A stretch of DNA of 64,000 nucleotides from IMG/VR virus record IMGVR_UViG_3300029286_002633; one strand, written 5' to 3'. A program made the translations under genes and the position numbers. This DNA comes from an uncultured virus (IMG/VR IMGVR_UViG_3300029286_002633) (Duplodnaviria > Heunggongvirae > Uroviricota > Caudoviricetes). Under the pieces are notes generated by a model. The model made no database searches, had not been told where the DNA came from, and worked only from the letters and a program-made list of their open reading frames with translations. This document shows positions 37,084 to 47,235 of the stretch, piece after piece (position 1 is the first letter of the stretch; every line of letters starts with the position of its first letter).

Positions 37084-37659
37084 ATGGCACAGCAATTAAA
37101 AAAATTGTTTTATAATAAACAATTTGTGGATAAACCAGATGGGACGACCCTTGCAGAATGGAAGATTTCACCATGGAAAATCTTTGCTGTATTACTCTCT
37201 CTCGTCATAGCGGTCATTTTCATCTATGGTTGGTTCTTCACAGCAAACAAACAGGATTTCTATGGAAACGTTCTTTTATATGCGATTATCCTTGCCATCA
37301 CTATTCTCGGCATCTGGATTCTTGGGAAGAAAGCATGGGACTTCAAGCAACGTGTCACCTATTTCCTTATCGCATTCATCCTCATTTGGGTCTTCTACTG
37401 GGTGTTATCACTGGTTTTTGATTACACAGGTCTTATGAAATTCCATATGGGTGGACCTGCATTATGGACTATAATCTCTTTGTTAGCATTCATGGGTGCG
37501 AAACGGATAGATAGCAATATCGACAGGAATGATATTTTCTTCGGTTTTCTTGTATTAGTCATTCTCATTGGAGCAAACATACCGATGAACGCTACCGGTG
37601 GTTTTCTTGCGAACACGGACATCATCATCGCTAAAATAATGTCGCTGGTGAAATGGTAG
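37084..37659 (+). CDS. multi-pass membrane protein (about 5 TM)
   Basis: Several hydrophobic helices. Confidence 0.75.
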   Translation: MAQQLKKLFYNKQFVDKPDGTTLAEWKISPWKIFAVLLSLVIAVIFIYGWFFTANKQDFYGNVLLYAIILAITILGIWILGKKAWDFKQRVTYFLIAFILIWVFYWVLSLVFDYTGLMKFHMGGPALWTIISLLAFMGAKRIDSNIDRNDIFFGFLVLVILIGANIPMNATGGFLANTDIIIAKIMSLVKW

Positions 37660-38087
37660 ATATCGTTGTCCCTGGTGCTCCTGTCGCTAAGCCACGTGCG
37701 AAAGGCTTCTACAATAAGACCACTGGGCATATGCATCATTACTACAAGAATGATAAGGAACTGAAGAATTACGAACAGTTCATTAAGGTCAAAGCATCTG
37801 AACTCTTTGAAAAACCCTTAACCGGTCCTATATGTCTCTCTGTGCATTTCCTGATGCCTCGACCACAGAACCTGATGTGGAAGACAAAGCCGATGCCGCG
37901 TGTTCCATGTGGAAAACGTCCCGATGTGGACAATCTTGTCAAGACAATACAAGATTCATTGAACGGTATAGCATATCTTGATGATGGGCAAATCACGGAA
38001 CTGCATGTCTGGAAGCACTATCATGCTGGAGATGAGGGACCAAAAACGGTCATTCGTTTGGAGGAAGATAATGCCACCGGTAAATAG
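37653..38087 (+). CDS. rusA: RusA-family Holliday junction resolvase
   Basis: G.P.AK.R, RPDVDNL.K...DSLNGI.Y.DD.QI. Confidence 0.92.
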   Translation: MVDIVVPGAPVAKPRAKGFYNKTTGHMHHYYKNDKELKNYEQFIKVKASELFEKPLTGPICLSVHFLMPRPQNLMWKTKPMPRVPCGKRPDVDNLVKTIQDSLNGIAYLDDGQITELHVWKHYHAGDEGPKTVIRLEEDNATGK

Positions 38088-38673
38088 ATGTAATAAATGC
38101 GGGAAGCCGATGAAATATTTGAAGACAGATTCATGGGCGAGTATGACTGAGGTTTATTGGGAATGTGAAACCTGCCATGAAAAATACATTGTTTATCCTG
38201 GGCGGATTCCTCTCCGTTATCGTTTCTTTTTTGCTGTGCTTGGCATCCTTGACCATAACGAGAAAGACCATGTTTTTTATCATCTTTTGGGGTTGGAGTT
38301 CAGGGCGTGTGCTCGTTGTTTAGGTGTGTATATCGCTGGTGTTATCTGTTTCATTGTCTTTGGTTATATGTATTTCATCAATGTTCAACTTCCGTTCTAT
38401 CCAGTATTCATTGTGAGCATGATTTTCGGTGGTTTAACTCTCATAGATTATGCGACAGTTGAGATATTCCATGTCCGAAAAGGAAGTAACAGGGTAAGGG
38501 TGATAACTGGTGTGTTTCTTGGTGTTGGTGCGATGCTGTATTTCTGGTTGCTTCCGACTGATTGGTGGTTCCGTATGATAACGCTACTTTTTTATAATCT
38601 GTTAGCGATACTTGTTGCGTATTTATCAATGAGGCTTAATAGTGGGGAAGCACCGATTAGCGTTGGTCAGTGA
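38071..38673 (+). CDS. Zn-ribbon + DUF2085-like membrane protein
   Basis: CNKC..CETC; CARCLGVY, D...., SN..R.ITG...G; 4 TM. Confidence 0.7.
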   Translation: MPPVNRCNKCGKPMKYLKTDSWASMTEVYWECETCHEKYIVYPGRIPLRYRFFFAVLGILDHNEKDHVFYHLLGLEFRACARCLGVYIAGVICFIVFGYMYFINVQLPFYPVFIVSMIFGGLTLIDYATVEIFHVRKGSNRVRVITGVFLGVGAMLYFWLLPTDWWFRMITLLFYNLLAILVAYLSMRLNSGEAPISVGQ

Positions 38674-39136
38674 GGAGAAACTCCGTAAAGATACTCGGGT
38701 TGAGATTGTAACACTTGTGCAATCACGTTTCTCAAAAGGTAAAGACACGTCTCTACAGGATATCCAGGATGTTTTTCAGAAGCCACCGTATGACCTTTCT
38801 GAAGGGACAGTGATTAACTATCTTGAGGAATTGGTAGTTAATCGTAAACTCTCTACATGGAAAGTGAAGAACAGGCGGTTCTACGGACCACCGAAGATAC
38901 CGTTTCCTATTAAAATAGGTGGTATATTCTCTATTGTCATCATCAGTATCTGCCTTATTATTGATAATGCTTTTTCAGGAGAAGCAATCCATAAATATGT
39001 CTATTTCGGGTATCTTGATGGCACGGCAGAAATAGAGCCGCAGGCAAGCATGATGCCGATTATGGCGTATTTGCTCATTCTCACCATCGTTTTTACATTG
39101 ATTTGGTATCTCACAAATCGGAAACTATATAAATAA
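38642..39136 (+). CDS. winged-helix protein with 2 C-terminal TM helices
   Basis: SLQDIQ...LSEGTVINYLEELV..KL...RRFY, then two TM. Confidence 0.65.
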   Translation: MGKHRLALVSEEKLRKDTRVEIVTLVQSRFSKGKDTSLQDIQDVFQKPPYDLSEGTVINYLEELVVNRKLSTWKVKNRRFYGPPKIPFPIKIGGIFSIVIISICLIIDNAFSGEAIHKYVYFGYLDGTAEIEPQASMMPIMAYLLILTIVFTLIWYLTNRKLYK

Positions 39137-39296
39137 CCATACTTTGAGAAACTCAAAACTATATTTATTTTCTCCATATAAGGTTCTCATTTTATGTTTC
39201 TATATATACCCACCTTGACATTAGGGTCAATTAGAACGATGCGGGGAGTCATCGGTGATGGCAGACCGCATTGTAAAATATTTGGAGGAACCAAAA

Positions 39297-39938
39297 ATGG
39301 AAAAAGCAACCTCAACGATGTTAGTTGTCCTGGTTATCGGGGCACTAATTGGAGCAGCCGGCGCGTATTACTACGTGCAACCTCAATTGACCGAAAAATA
39401 TGATGCTGGATATGCAGCCGGGTCTGCCGCAGCACCTGCACCCGCAAGCACAGCCAAACCAGATATAGAATGGACATGGGATGGCTATGATGCAGGCGAA
39501 GCCGCTGATTTTGACCAAACAGGTATTATTGATGTAGACGGTAACGTCGCTGAATTAGATGAATCACCTGCTGAGATTGAATTGACAATTGAAAATACTG
39601 GTGATGCTGACATCGCATCCTTATACATCTCATTAGATGACCCACAAAGCACAGAGTATGGTATTGAAAATGACCTTCAAGTAGACCCATTCTGGGTGTA
39701 TCTCAATTTAGACGGTGTTAAAGAAATCAGCATCTACAAAGAAACACAATATTACACCTATAATATTGGTGCCCTTCCAATTGGAGCAAAAGTCACAATT
39801 ACAATAGGTATCGGCGTAATGGAATGTGACGATGAAGAATTTGAAGACGTAGTTGGAGAAGACTTCACCGATTGCATGCTCTATGCATTCACCTCAGGCT
39901 CAATAGCGGAAGAAATCGACTTCGCGGTGCACTGCTAA
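39297..39938 (+). CDS. acidic membrane-anchored protein (candidate major envelope protein)
   Basis: GGAGG RBS; N-terminal TM; D/E-rich Ig-like region (ELTIENTGD). Confidence 0.75.
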   Translation: MEKATSTMLVVLVIGALIGAAGAYYYVQPQLTEKYDAGYAAGSAAAPAPASTAKPDIEWTWDGYDAGEAADFDQTGIIDVDGNVAELDESPAEIELTIENTGDADIASLYISLDDPQSTEYGIENDLQVDPFWVYLNLDGVKEISIYKETQYYTYNIGALPIGAKVTITIGIGVMECDDEEFEDVVGEDFTDCMLYAFTSGSIAEEIDFAVHC

Positions 39939-40001
39939 TTTGATTAGAGAGAAAAGAAATCTTTCTCTTTTCTTTTCTTTCACTAAGGAGGTGAAAAAAC
40001 C

Positions 40002-41135
40002 GTGAAACGATTAATTCTCGCTGGAGTTCTTCTACTTGCTCTTGCGATGGCGATGACACCAATAACTGGTGCATACAGTTCTACACAACGTGAATGCGTG
40101 TCATTAGGGACAGACACATGGTTGATATCTGATTATCCCATCCGTGGGGCAACAGATTTCGACAAAAACGAATCACTGGGAACATGGACGATGGGCGATT
40201 TCGACCTGAATGAGTCATATATTTCTTTTCATGCTACTGGTGCAGTAGACATTGATTGGATATGGAACGAAAGAGCGCCACCAACGATGTCATTAAGTGC
40301 CGGAGAATGGCTTAATGAAACATTGTGGGTTGCGGTATCCAACGGATTTGAGTTGGGTAACAGTTGGTCCCATATCAACATCACTGCAAACAACACTGAT
40401 TGGGAAGCATGGGAATACAATTGTGTCACAGACAACGTATTACTCAACACCCTAATCACAGTCACTGAAGAAGATAACGATGAAGATGCTGATGTAGGTG
40501 GCAGATGGGAAGTAAACGACACCATCAATATTACCGCAGAACTACCGTTTTCGACGTTTGACGCCTATCTGTTCATTGACTATCCAAGCACAGCGGCTGG
40601 GACACTTGACCATTATCCATTAGCAAATGGGACAAGTATAGACACTGATTATGAATTTAATGTGGTGTTTGACAAATACGGTCCAGCACATGAACTTGAC
40701 GAAGACCAAATTGAAAATACTGTATCAGGAAATCAGCATGAGGTTACTCTTGCATTTGAATCAGAGGACACCCTCGATAATGCAGACTGGTCAATCGACC
40801 CTGATGACAGCATGTGGGACGGTGCATTCGACACTCTTGATGAAGGCACTCTCGTCATCGAAATAAACGGTGATGAACTCCCTGCAACAGATTGGGAAAT
40901 CGGCAGTATCGACATGAAAGATATTGACATAGATGATGCTGATAATGAAGTATCTTTCACATGGACGACACCAGGTGGCGGAACTGGAACAACAACACCA
41001 CCACCGGCAACAGCCGCACCAAACGTCTTGACTGAAGAAGCGGTAGCAGGTGTCCCGAACTGGGCATTAGGCGCAATCGTCATCATCATCTGTATCGCTG
41101 GCTACGCAATCTGGAAGAACGAGAAGAAGAAATAA
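40002..41135 (+). CDS. acidic secreted protein with C-terminal TM anchor
   Basis: AAGGAGGTGA RBS; signal peptide; T/P linker, VPNW + TM + KKK; T-rich terminator. Confidence 0.8.
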   Translation: MKRLILAGVLLLALAMAMTPITGAYSSTQRECVSLGTDTWLISDYPIRGATDFDKNESLGTWTMGDFDLNESYISFHATGAVDIDWIWNERAPPTMSLSAGEWLNETLWVAVSNGFELGNSWSHINITANNTDWEAWEYNCVTDNVLLNTLITVTEEDNDEDADVGGRWEVNDTINITAELPFSTFDAYLFIDYPSTAAGTLDHYPLANGTSIDTDYEFNVVFDKYGPAHELDEDQIENTVSGNQHEVTLAFESEDTLDNADWSIDPDDSMWDGAFDTLDEGTLVIEINGDELPATDWEIGSIDMKDIDIDDADNEVSFTWTTPGGGTGTTTPPPATAAPNVLTEEAVAGVPNWALGAIVIIICIAGYAIWKNEKKK

Positions 41136-41181
41136 TCCTTCTCACCCTCTTTTTTCTTTTTTACTTTTTTTCTTCTATTTC

Positions 41182-41211
41182 TGTATACTTATTCGCCTGA
41201 AAGTATTTAAC
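41182..41211 (+). promoter_or_regulatory. element promoter motif copy
   Basis: TGTATACTTATTCG with TATTTAA at +22. Confidence 0.75.
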
Positions 41212-41253
41212 AATCAACGTCATTCAAATAGTTAGGGAGAAAAAATACACATT

Positions 41254-41526
41254 ATGTTAACGTGTAAATTAGTCGAACCAATTAACAAAGTCCAAGACTG
41301 GCATGGCAAAGCCGCAATGATTTGCGGGGAAGAAAGCGTCGTCGATAAATACATAAAAAACAGATACAATGTTATTTCAGAACATCCTGCTGAATGGACA
41401 ACTATGCTATTATCAAATGCATATGCCTGCAATCCAATGAAAGATACAACAACGGGAGCATATACTGTCAAATGTGGACCTGGCTGGGATTTAGAGTTTA
41501 ATCTTAAAAAATTGGGCGTGAAATAA
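41254..41526 (+). CDS. hypothetical protein
   Basis: ORF behind the motif promoter. Confidence 0.65.
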   Translation: MLTCKLVEPINKVQDWHGKAAMICGEESVVDKYIKNRYNVISEHPAEWTTMLLSNAYACNPMKDTTTGAYTVKCGPGWDLEFNLKKLGVK

Positions 41527-41527
41527 A

Positions 41528-41983
41528 ATGCTTACGGATAACGAGATAGAAAAAAAGATACTCGCATGTGGTGGAAAAGATATCATCTACGACATCTATA
41601 AAAATGAAAGGTTGAAAACAAGGCATATTGACCTTGCTTTAGATAAATGCCATGACTATCTTGCCGTGCTCTATCAACATCAGAAAATGAACCCGTCGCA
41701 GATAACAAAAGCAATCAGGATAGGAATCAACAACGAAACAATCTATGCACATCAAAAACTCAACCAAGAAAACATGCGTGAAGCCATTGACCATGAACTC
41801 AACAATGGGAGCGATATCACGAAACAGACTTTATTTGAGAAGGAACTAACGGAAGACCAAATCGGATATATCGTTAAAAAAAGCGATTCAGAGACACTCA
41901 CTATCTTTTGTTCAGGTATGCAAAAAACCAAACAAAAACCTAAAAAGACTAAATGGGTTGAAAAAGCCTTTTTTAAACTATAG
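41528..41983 (+). CDS. protein with about 23-aa helical repeats
   Basis: LTDNEI/LKTRHI/MNPSQI/LNQENM/LTEDQI periodicity. Confidence 0.65.
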   Translation: MLTDNEIEKKILACGGKDIIYDIYKNERLKTRHIDLALDKCHDYLAVLYQHQKMNPSQITKAIRIGINNETIYAHQKLNQENMREAIDHELNNGSDITKQTLFEKELTEDQIGYIVKKSDSETLTIFCSGMQKTKQKPKKTKWVEKAFFKL

Positions 41984-42010
41984 AACATTGCTGGATGAGG
42001 TGAAACTTTT

Positions 42011-42199
42011 AAGAAATGGACTTGGCTCTGTGTAATAAAAGGTTGTCCGGTGCATGGCTTTAAACCAATGAGGCGTACACAAGCAAGGAAGAGCGGGCGA
42101 TATCATCTGGAACGGAAGCATGGTTTGTTTGGTGTGGAAGTGCTGTTGATACCAGTTGATGAGAATTGGAGAGGAAATAACTGGAAGAAGAAAATATAA
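42011..42199 (+). pseudogene. C2H2-like Zn-finger frame lacking a canonical start
   Basis: KKWTWLCVIKGC...RYHLERKH behind a GAGGTGA RBS; no in-frame ATG/GTG/TTG before the Cys pair. Confidence 0.4.
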
Positions 42200-42209
42200 A
42201 ATATTTTTT

Positions 42210-42239
42210 TGTATACCTATTTGCAAGAACTTATATAAT
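42210..42239 (+). promoter_or_regulatory. element promoter motif copy
   Basis: TGTATACCTATTTG with TATATAA at +22. Confidence 0.8.
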
Positions 42240-42269
42240 ATTCGTAGGGTTTTCTAATACTGTAGAAAA

Positions 42270-44057
42270 GTGATACTTATGCAATTGAGTAAGAAAAGTC
42301 AAACAGTTGTGATGCTAAGCGCAATCGCTGTTATTATTATTTTACTGATGTCATCGAATACAAATATCCTGTTTCAGTCAACAGATGACTATGGGACTGG
42401 GTTAACGATTAATACGAAAGCAACAAAAACTTTTTTACCGTCATCTTCTTGGATGAGTGGGCAGGGATTACCAACCAATTTTCTTAATGTCGTCAATACA
42501 AAAGATAACATTAATGACCCAGGTGAAATATTTGATAGTTCTCGTTATATCGTTTCATGGCAACAAAATCAAGAAAGCCAAGAAATAACCGCCAAGGTTG
42601 ATTTCAAATTTACAACCAGATATACTCAATTACTTGCTATATTCAATTATCTTGTGGGTGTTTTTGTCCCGTTGAATTTCCCTGAAGCCGGTTTCAGAAA
42701 TAATTATTGGTGGGATGTCACATTTACTGACATAAATGGAGTATCAACTCGTATTATTGATGGGCGGAACTTATCAACCTCTACTAATGCTGTCAATAAA
42801 GATTTTGTTAGTCTTATTCGAGGTTCTCCAAATCGTGGATTTGCAACAGTTGGTATAGTGGAAGAAACATTAGCAGATAAAAATGGAACAAAAAACTGGT
42901 GGTGTCCACCAGATACCAGTGCTGCAACGGAAACAATGGATATCGAAACCGACACTCTTGTATTTAAGATAAAAGGAAATCATATTGGAACGATAAACAT
43001 AAAATGTTATGTTGCTGATGTAATTTATGCTACAAGTGAAACCAACGTAGTTTATGCTGCATGGTTGAATTATAAGAAAACCGGTCCAATCTTGTTATCC
43101 GAAGATAATGCATATCTAGCAAGTGGGACGGGAGTGGTTGAAATAGAGAGTCTTAATCGCATCCCAGATTCTGTTCCAGTATGGGAAACAGCAGGTGGGA
43201 CTGGCGTTAAATATATGAAATATACTTGGGCAGAAGGACAAAATGTCACTTTTAACGTGAAAACAGGTTATTCAGGAATTTCCTTAGAATCAGACCAGGC
43301 AGGATACAAAGCCGGATGGTATATTACGATAAGCAATTCAAAAGGAGAACGGGTTAAAACTGGGAATATTAAATTTTATGAAAATGGTGCCTATAAAACG
43401 AAGAGTCTTTCGTCATATAGTAATGGATTGATACCATTGGCTGACGGTCTTACTAATTATAGGATACAATATCAAATACCAGCAGGTGCGTTCATACCAA
43501 ATGACCCGAATAGTAATGAATGGATGGTGACATTGAGTAATACATTATTCGCTCAAAGTGAACAACGATTGTTTGTTGTTGATAATCTCTCGAAAATCCC
43601 TGGTCAAGCAAAAGCAGTATTTGATAAAAATCAATACAAACAATGGGATACTTGCATACTCAAACTTTCTGCAAAGCCAAATCCATCTGGAGCAAATAAT
43701 GTTGATTATTTCAAAGTATGGGTCACATATGATGGATGGACAAGCACGAATTATGCAATGACTGAGGTGCTTGCCCCTGCAATATTGGGGTCTGATGGTG
43801 TCTATACTGCCACAGTAAGTTTTAAAGTATCATTAGGGGATAAGAACCTCTATGCGACAACTGTTGCTGTTGATTCAGAAAGCAGAGCCGGTCCAGAGGG
43901 ACAAGACCAAGCATACGTTGAACAAGTCATTCCAGGTGAGGGCATCTTCTCCGGGATTGATGCTAACACTCTCTATATTGCACTTGCGGTAATCATAATA
44001 ATCTGTGCTCTTGGCGCAGGATTATACATCTATCAAAAAAGAGGTCGTAAGAAATGA
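42270..44057 (+). CDS. beta-rich surface protein with N- and C-terminal TM; paralog of the next gene
   Basis: Colinear motifs with 44054 (e.g. YxxSW, WWxP, EDxAxLxSG, EGQxVxFxxKTG, SKIPG). Confidence 0.8.
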   Translation: MILMQLSKKSQTVVMLSAIAVIIILLMSSNTNILFQSTDDYGTGLTINTKATKTFLPSSSWMSGQGLPTNFLNVVNTKDNINDPGEIFDSSRYIVSWQQNQESQEITAKVDFKFTTRYTQLLAIFNYLVGVFVPLNFPEAGFRNNYWWDVTFTDINGVSTRIIDGRNLSTSTNAVNKDFVSLIRGSPNRGFATVGIVEETLADKNGTKNWWCPPDTSAATETMDIETDTLVFKIKGNHIGTINIKCYVADVIYATSETNVVYAAWLNYKKTGPILLSEDNAYLASGTGVVEIESLNRIPDSVPVWETAGGTGVKYMKYTWAEGQNVTFNVKTGYSGISLESDQAGYKAGWYITISNSKGERVKTGNIKFYENGAYKTKSLSSYSNGLIPLADGLTNYRIQYQIPAGAFIPNDPNSNEWMVTLSNTLFAQSEQRLFVVDNLSKIPGQAKAVFDKNQYKQWDTCILKLSAKPNPSGANNVDYFKVWVTYDGWTSTNYAMTEVLAPAILGSDGVYTATVSFKVSLGDKNLYATTVAVDSESRAGPEGQDQAYVEQVIPGEGIFSGIDANTLYIALAVIIIICALGAGLYIYQKRGRKK

Positions 44058-46399
44058 ATAAAAACAATAAAATAATTTTTGTAGCCGCAATATTCATTGT
44101 AGGAATTCTCATAGTGAGTTCCGCACCAAATTTCAATATAATGACACTAAGTGAAGTCAATACCACTGTTGTCCCATCAACAATACAAGGATATACTGGA
44201 ACATATAATTTTCCCTCTGGCGCACAATCTGTCCATGATAAAATACGAGGAAAAGACATCTTAAAAGGAAATGCTATCGAATTGTTTGATGATGCAGAAT
44301 ATGTAACCTCTTGGTATAACAATGGAGATAGTGAAAAAATTGTCTTATGCACAGGAAATCAAGCACATGTAGAAACCTGGAATGCTGGGCATGATTTTAT
44401 TGGTTCACCACGAAGACCATCGGTTTTGGTAGGTAGGTATTGGTATGAAGGATGGTTTACATCAAATACCGGTACTACGACAAAGATTTTCGGGAAAAAC
44501 TATATCAATTCAGCATATGTTAAAATAGATGGTGCAGGTTCATTCGAGAAACAGAAATTCGGGAACGTCAAATATAAAACCGATTATTCACAATATTCCC
44601 TTGGCGGTGAAACTGAATGGTGGTTCCCAGACCCACAGCCGCTTGATTACAGCAAAACAACATCGTTAGTGCCGGGTGCAATAACCTTTAGAGTCACAGG
44701 GCAGAGGGTTGGAACAATCAAATTACAACTTGTTGTCGAATACTCTGAATTATGTGTGTGGGGGCTTCTTGGCTCAACATTCGGCTATTCCTACAACTAT
44801 AAAGTCATGCAAGAAGACCAAGCGATTCTGAAATCTGGTCTTGGTGATGTTGATGTAACATCTAAAAACTCATTAAGCGGTATTCCTGGGTATGATGCAG
44901 AAGGAACTGGGGATGATTATACAAAATATGTTTACAACGAAGGTCAGACCGTTTCATTCCATATTAAAACAGGCGTTTCTGGTCAAACAACAGGAAATAA
45001 TGTTGCTGAAAAGAGATGGAAATTTGATATATTAAAAGATGGAACAACATCTGTATACACCACGCCACAACTTCTCAATGATAACTGGGAAGGTGACATC
45101 TCTTGGACAATCCCGCTTGGAACTGGAAACGCAGAATTCAAAGTTAAACTCTACAATGGACTTCTTCAACAATCAGAATCCAAGATATATTCTGTTAAAG
45201 AAATAAGCAAGATTCCTGGAAGAACGACTATAGCAACACCTACAAGTGGTACAACCGTCTATATTGGGGATAGTGTAACCGTAAGATTTAGTGCAAGTCC
45301 AAATCCTGTTACGTTGTCTCCTATTGCACGATTTGACGGCTGGGCTAAATATTACAGCAAAACAAGTTCTAGTTATGCTTTTTCATCATCGCAGATAACT
45401 GCTACAAACGGTCAAGGGCAATTCACATTCACGCCAGACCGTGTGGGTAATGTCTATATCCAAGTGATTGCAGTTGATACATCAGGATATTTCGGAGCAG
45501 AAAACGCTGATTGTTTTGTCACTGTGACGAACAGACCTACTTATGTGGTTACTGTTACTGTAGCCGATAGCGATGGAGCAGCAATCAATGACGCAACTGT
45601 TGTCTTCGGCTCAAAATCGCAAAATACTGTGAATGGATTAACGCAATTCACCGTTGAAAATGGTGATTATGCTCTCACTGTGTCAAAAACAGGCTATAAT
45701 GTGTATTCAGGCGGAATCATAACTGTGACAAGCACAAGTACGAAAACAATACCAGTAATTTTGTCACTCACAGGAACTACGCCAACGCCTCCACCAAGTG
45801 ACGATGGAACACCACAACCTGGAGTAGAATATACATTGACAGTCACTGTTCAATCGACAGGTGGTTTTATCACTGGCGCAACTGTTGAAGCATCGGGGAT
45901 AAGCGATACGACAGACGCAAATGGCGTAGCGACAATTATAATTCCATCTGGTGAGCAAACACTCACTGTCTCTGCATCAGGATATAATCTTTACACAGAA
46001 CTCATCACAGTCACAGCGGATACGCCAAAGACAGTTACGTTGACTTCTATCACGCCTGTCACACCAGGAACCGATGCAACAATTATTGTTACTGTTATAA
46101 CTACAAACTCTGTAAAAGTAGAAGGAGTGAATGTTACCATTGGCACTGTTACAGGAAAAACAGATTCGACAGGGATAGTAAACCTTGTAGTCCCATCAAC
46201 CACAAGTGGTGTGACTATAACAGCAAAGAAAACCGGATACACGGAATACACTGGAACAATCTATCCATCTGGCAACATGGAATTCACTGTGGCATTGAAA
46301 AAAACATCAACTGGGATTCCAGGCTTTGAAATGATATTTGCTATTCTTGCAATCGGAATCGTGATGATAGGGTTAAGATATCGGAAGAAGAATGAATAA
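44054..46399 (+). CDS. beta-rich surface protein + carboxypeptidase-regulatory-like repeats + PGF-CTERM
   Basis: GATV...TD.NG repeats; IPGFE + TM + RYRKK. Confidence 0.85.
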   Translation: MNKNNKIIFVAAIFIVGILIVSSAPNFNIMTLSEVNTTVVPSTIQGYTGTYNFPSGAQSVHDKIRGKDILKGNAIELFDDAEYVTSWYNNGDSEKIVLCTGNQAHVETWNAGHDFIGSPRRPSVLVGRYWYEGWFTSNTGTTTKIFGKNYINSAYVKIDGAGSFEKQKFGNVKYKTDYSQYSLGGETEWWFPDPQPLDYSKTTSLVPGAITFRVTGQRVGTIKLQLVVEYSELCVWGLLGSTFGYSYNYKVMQEDQAILKSGLGDVDVTSKNSLSGIPGYDAEGTGDDYTKYVYNEGQTVSFHIKTGVSGQTTGNNVAEKRWKFDILKDGTTSVYTTPQLLNDNWEGDISWTIPLGTGNAEFKVKLYNGLLQQSESKIYSVKEISKIPGRTTIATPTSGTTVYIGDSVTVRFSASPNPVTLSPIARFDGWAKYYSKTSSSYAFSSSQITATNGQGQFTFTPDRVGNVYIQVIAVDTSGYFGAENADCFVTVTNRPTYVVTVTVADSDGAAINDATVVFGSKSQNTVNGLTQFTVENGDYALTVSKTGYNVYSGGIITVTSTSTKTIPVILSLTGTTPTPPPSDDGTPQPGVEYTLTVTVQSTGGFITGATVEASGISDTTDANGVATIIIPSGEQTLTVSASGYNLYTELITVTADTPKTVTLTSITPVTPGTDATIIVTVITTNSVKVEGVNVTIGTVTGKTDSTGIVNLVVPSTTSGVTITAKKTGYTEYTGTIYPSGNMEFTVALKKTSTGIPGFEMIFAILAIGIVMIGLRYRKKNE

Positions 46400-47015
46400 A
46401 AAAATAATGGTATTCATTGGCATATTAGCAATGCTTCTTTGCACAGGGATAGCATCAGCACAATCAGCAGGTCCAGGGACTGTTCTTCCATTGGCACTTA
46501 ATAAATATCAATTAACAACATCTGGTCTTATCATCACACCAAGTTGGAAGCCTGCGTATGTCAAATGGTATCTTATCGACCCACAGGGCGATGTCAGATA
46601 TATGACGCAAAGCAATTTAGATTCCGTTGTACAAGTTTCATCAGGGCTAACCTCTGTGACATGGGAAATCACAGAAAACTCCGGTGCGCTTAAACTGCCT
46701 GCATTTGCAGGACGTGGAGCCTGGACAATTAAAGGGAAACTATATGACGTGAATAAGGCGTTCTTGTTCCAATGGAGCAACAAGGCAGAGTTCACTTCGA
46801 CTTCTGTTGAAGTAATTGATTATCCTTTTCTTGATAGCCTTATGGCACCCGCGTATTACGTTTACATCAACTTGGGGGGAAGCCTGCTCACAGGAGAACT
46901 GGAGTTCTCATTTGCTTTACCTGACCTTATATTCATCATTGCTGGGATAATCATATTATTCTTCATTTTACTCAATTGGAGTGCATATAGAAATAGGAGG
47001 AAAAAAAATGCGTGA
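46392..47015 (+). CDS. secreted protein with C-terminal TM
   Basis: Signal peptide (ASA); C-terminal TM + RRKK. Confidence 0.8.
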   Translation: MNKKIMVFIGILAMLLCTGIASAQSAGPGTVLPLALNKYQLTTSGLIITPSWKPAYVKWYLIDPQGDVRYMTQSNLDSVVQVSSGLTSVTWEITENSGALKLPAFAGRGAWTIKGKLYDVNKAFLFQWSNKAEFTSTSVEVIDYPFLDSLMAPAYYVYINLGGSLLTGELEFSFALPDLIFIIAGIIILFFILLNWSAYRNRRKKNA

Positions 47016-47235
47016 TATCATAAGAAGTAATGCTGCTGTCATCGGAATAGCCTTGGTCTGTCTCATCATGTTCGCAATAAGCCTCGTTGTCGTAGGTATT
47101 GTAGTAGTCTGGCTCTTTGCTTTTGGTGGGATTCAAATGATAGGAAACGCTTGTCTCACATTAGCGATACCTCTTGCAATCATTGTGGTGGTCGCTATTC
47201 TCGCAAAGAAATACCTTTTCGGAGGGAAAAAATAA
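47008..47235 (+). CDS. small 2-TM membrane protein
   Basis: AGGAGG RBS; hydrophobic. Confidence 0.75.
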   Translation: MRDIIRSNAAVIGIALVCLIMFAISLVVVGIVVVWLFAFGGIQMIGNACLTLAIPLAIIVVVAILAKKYLFGGKK

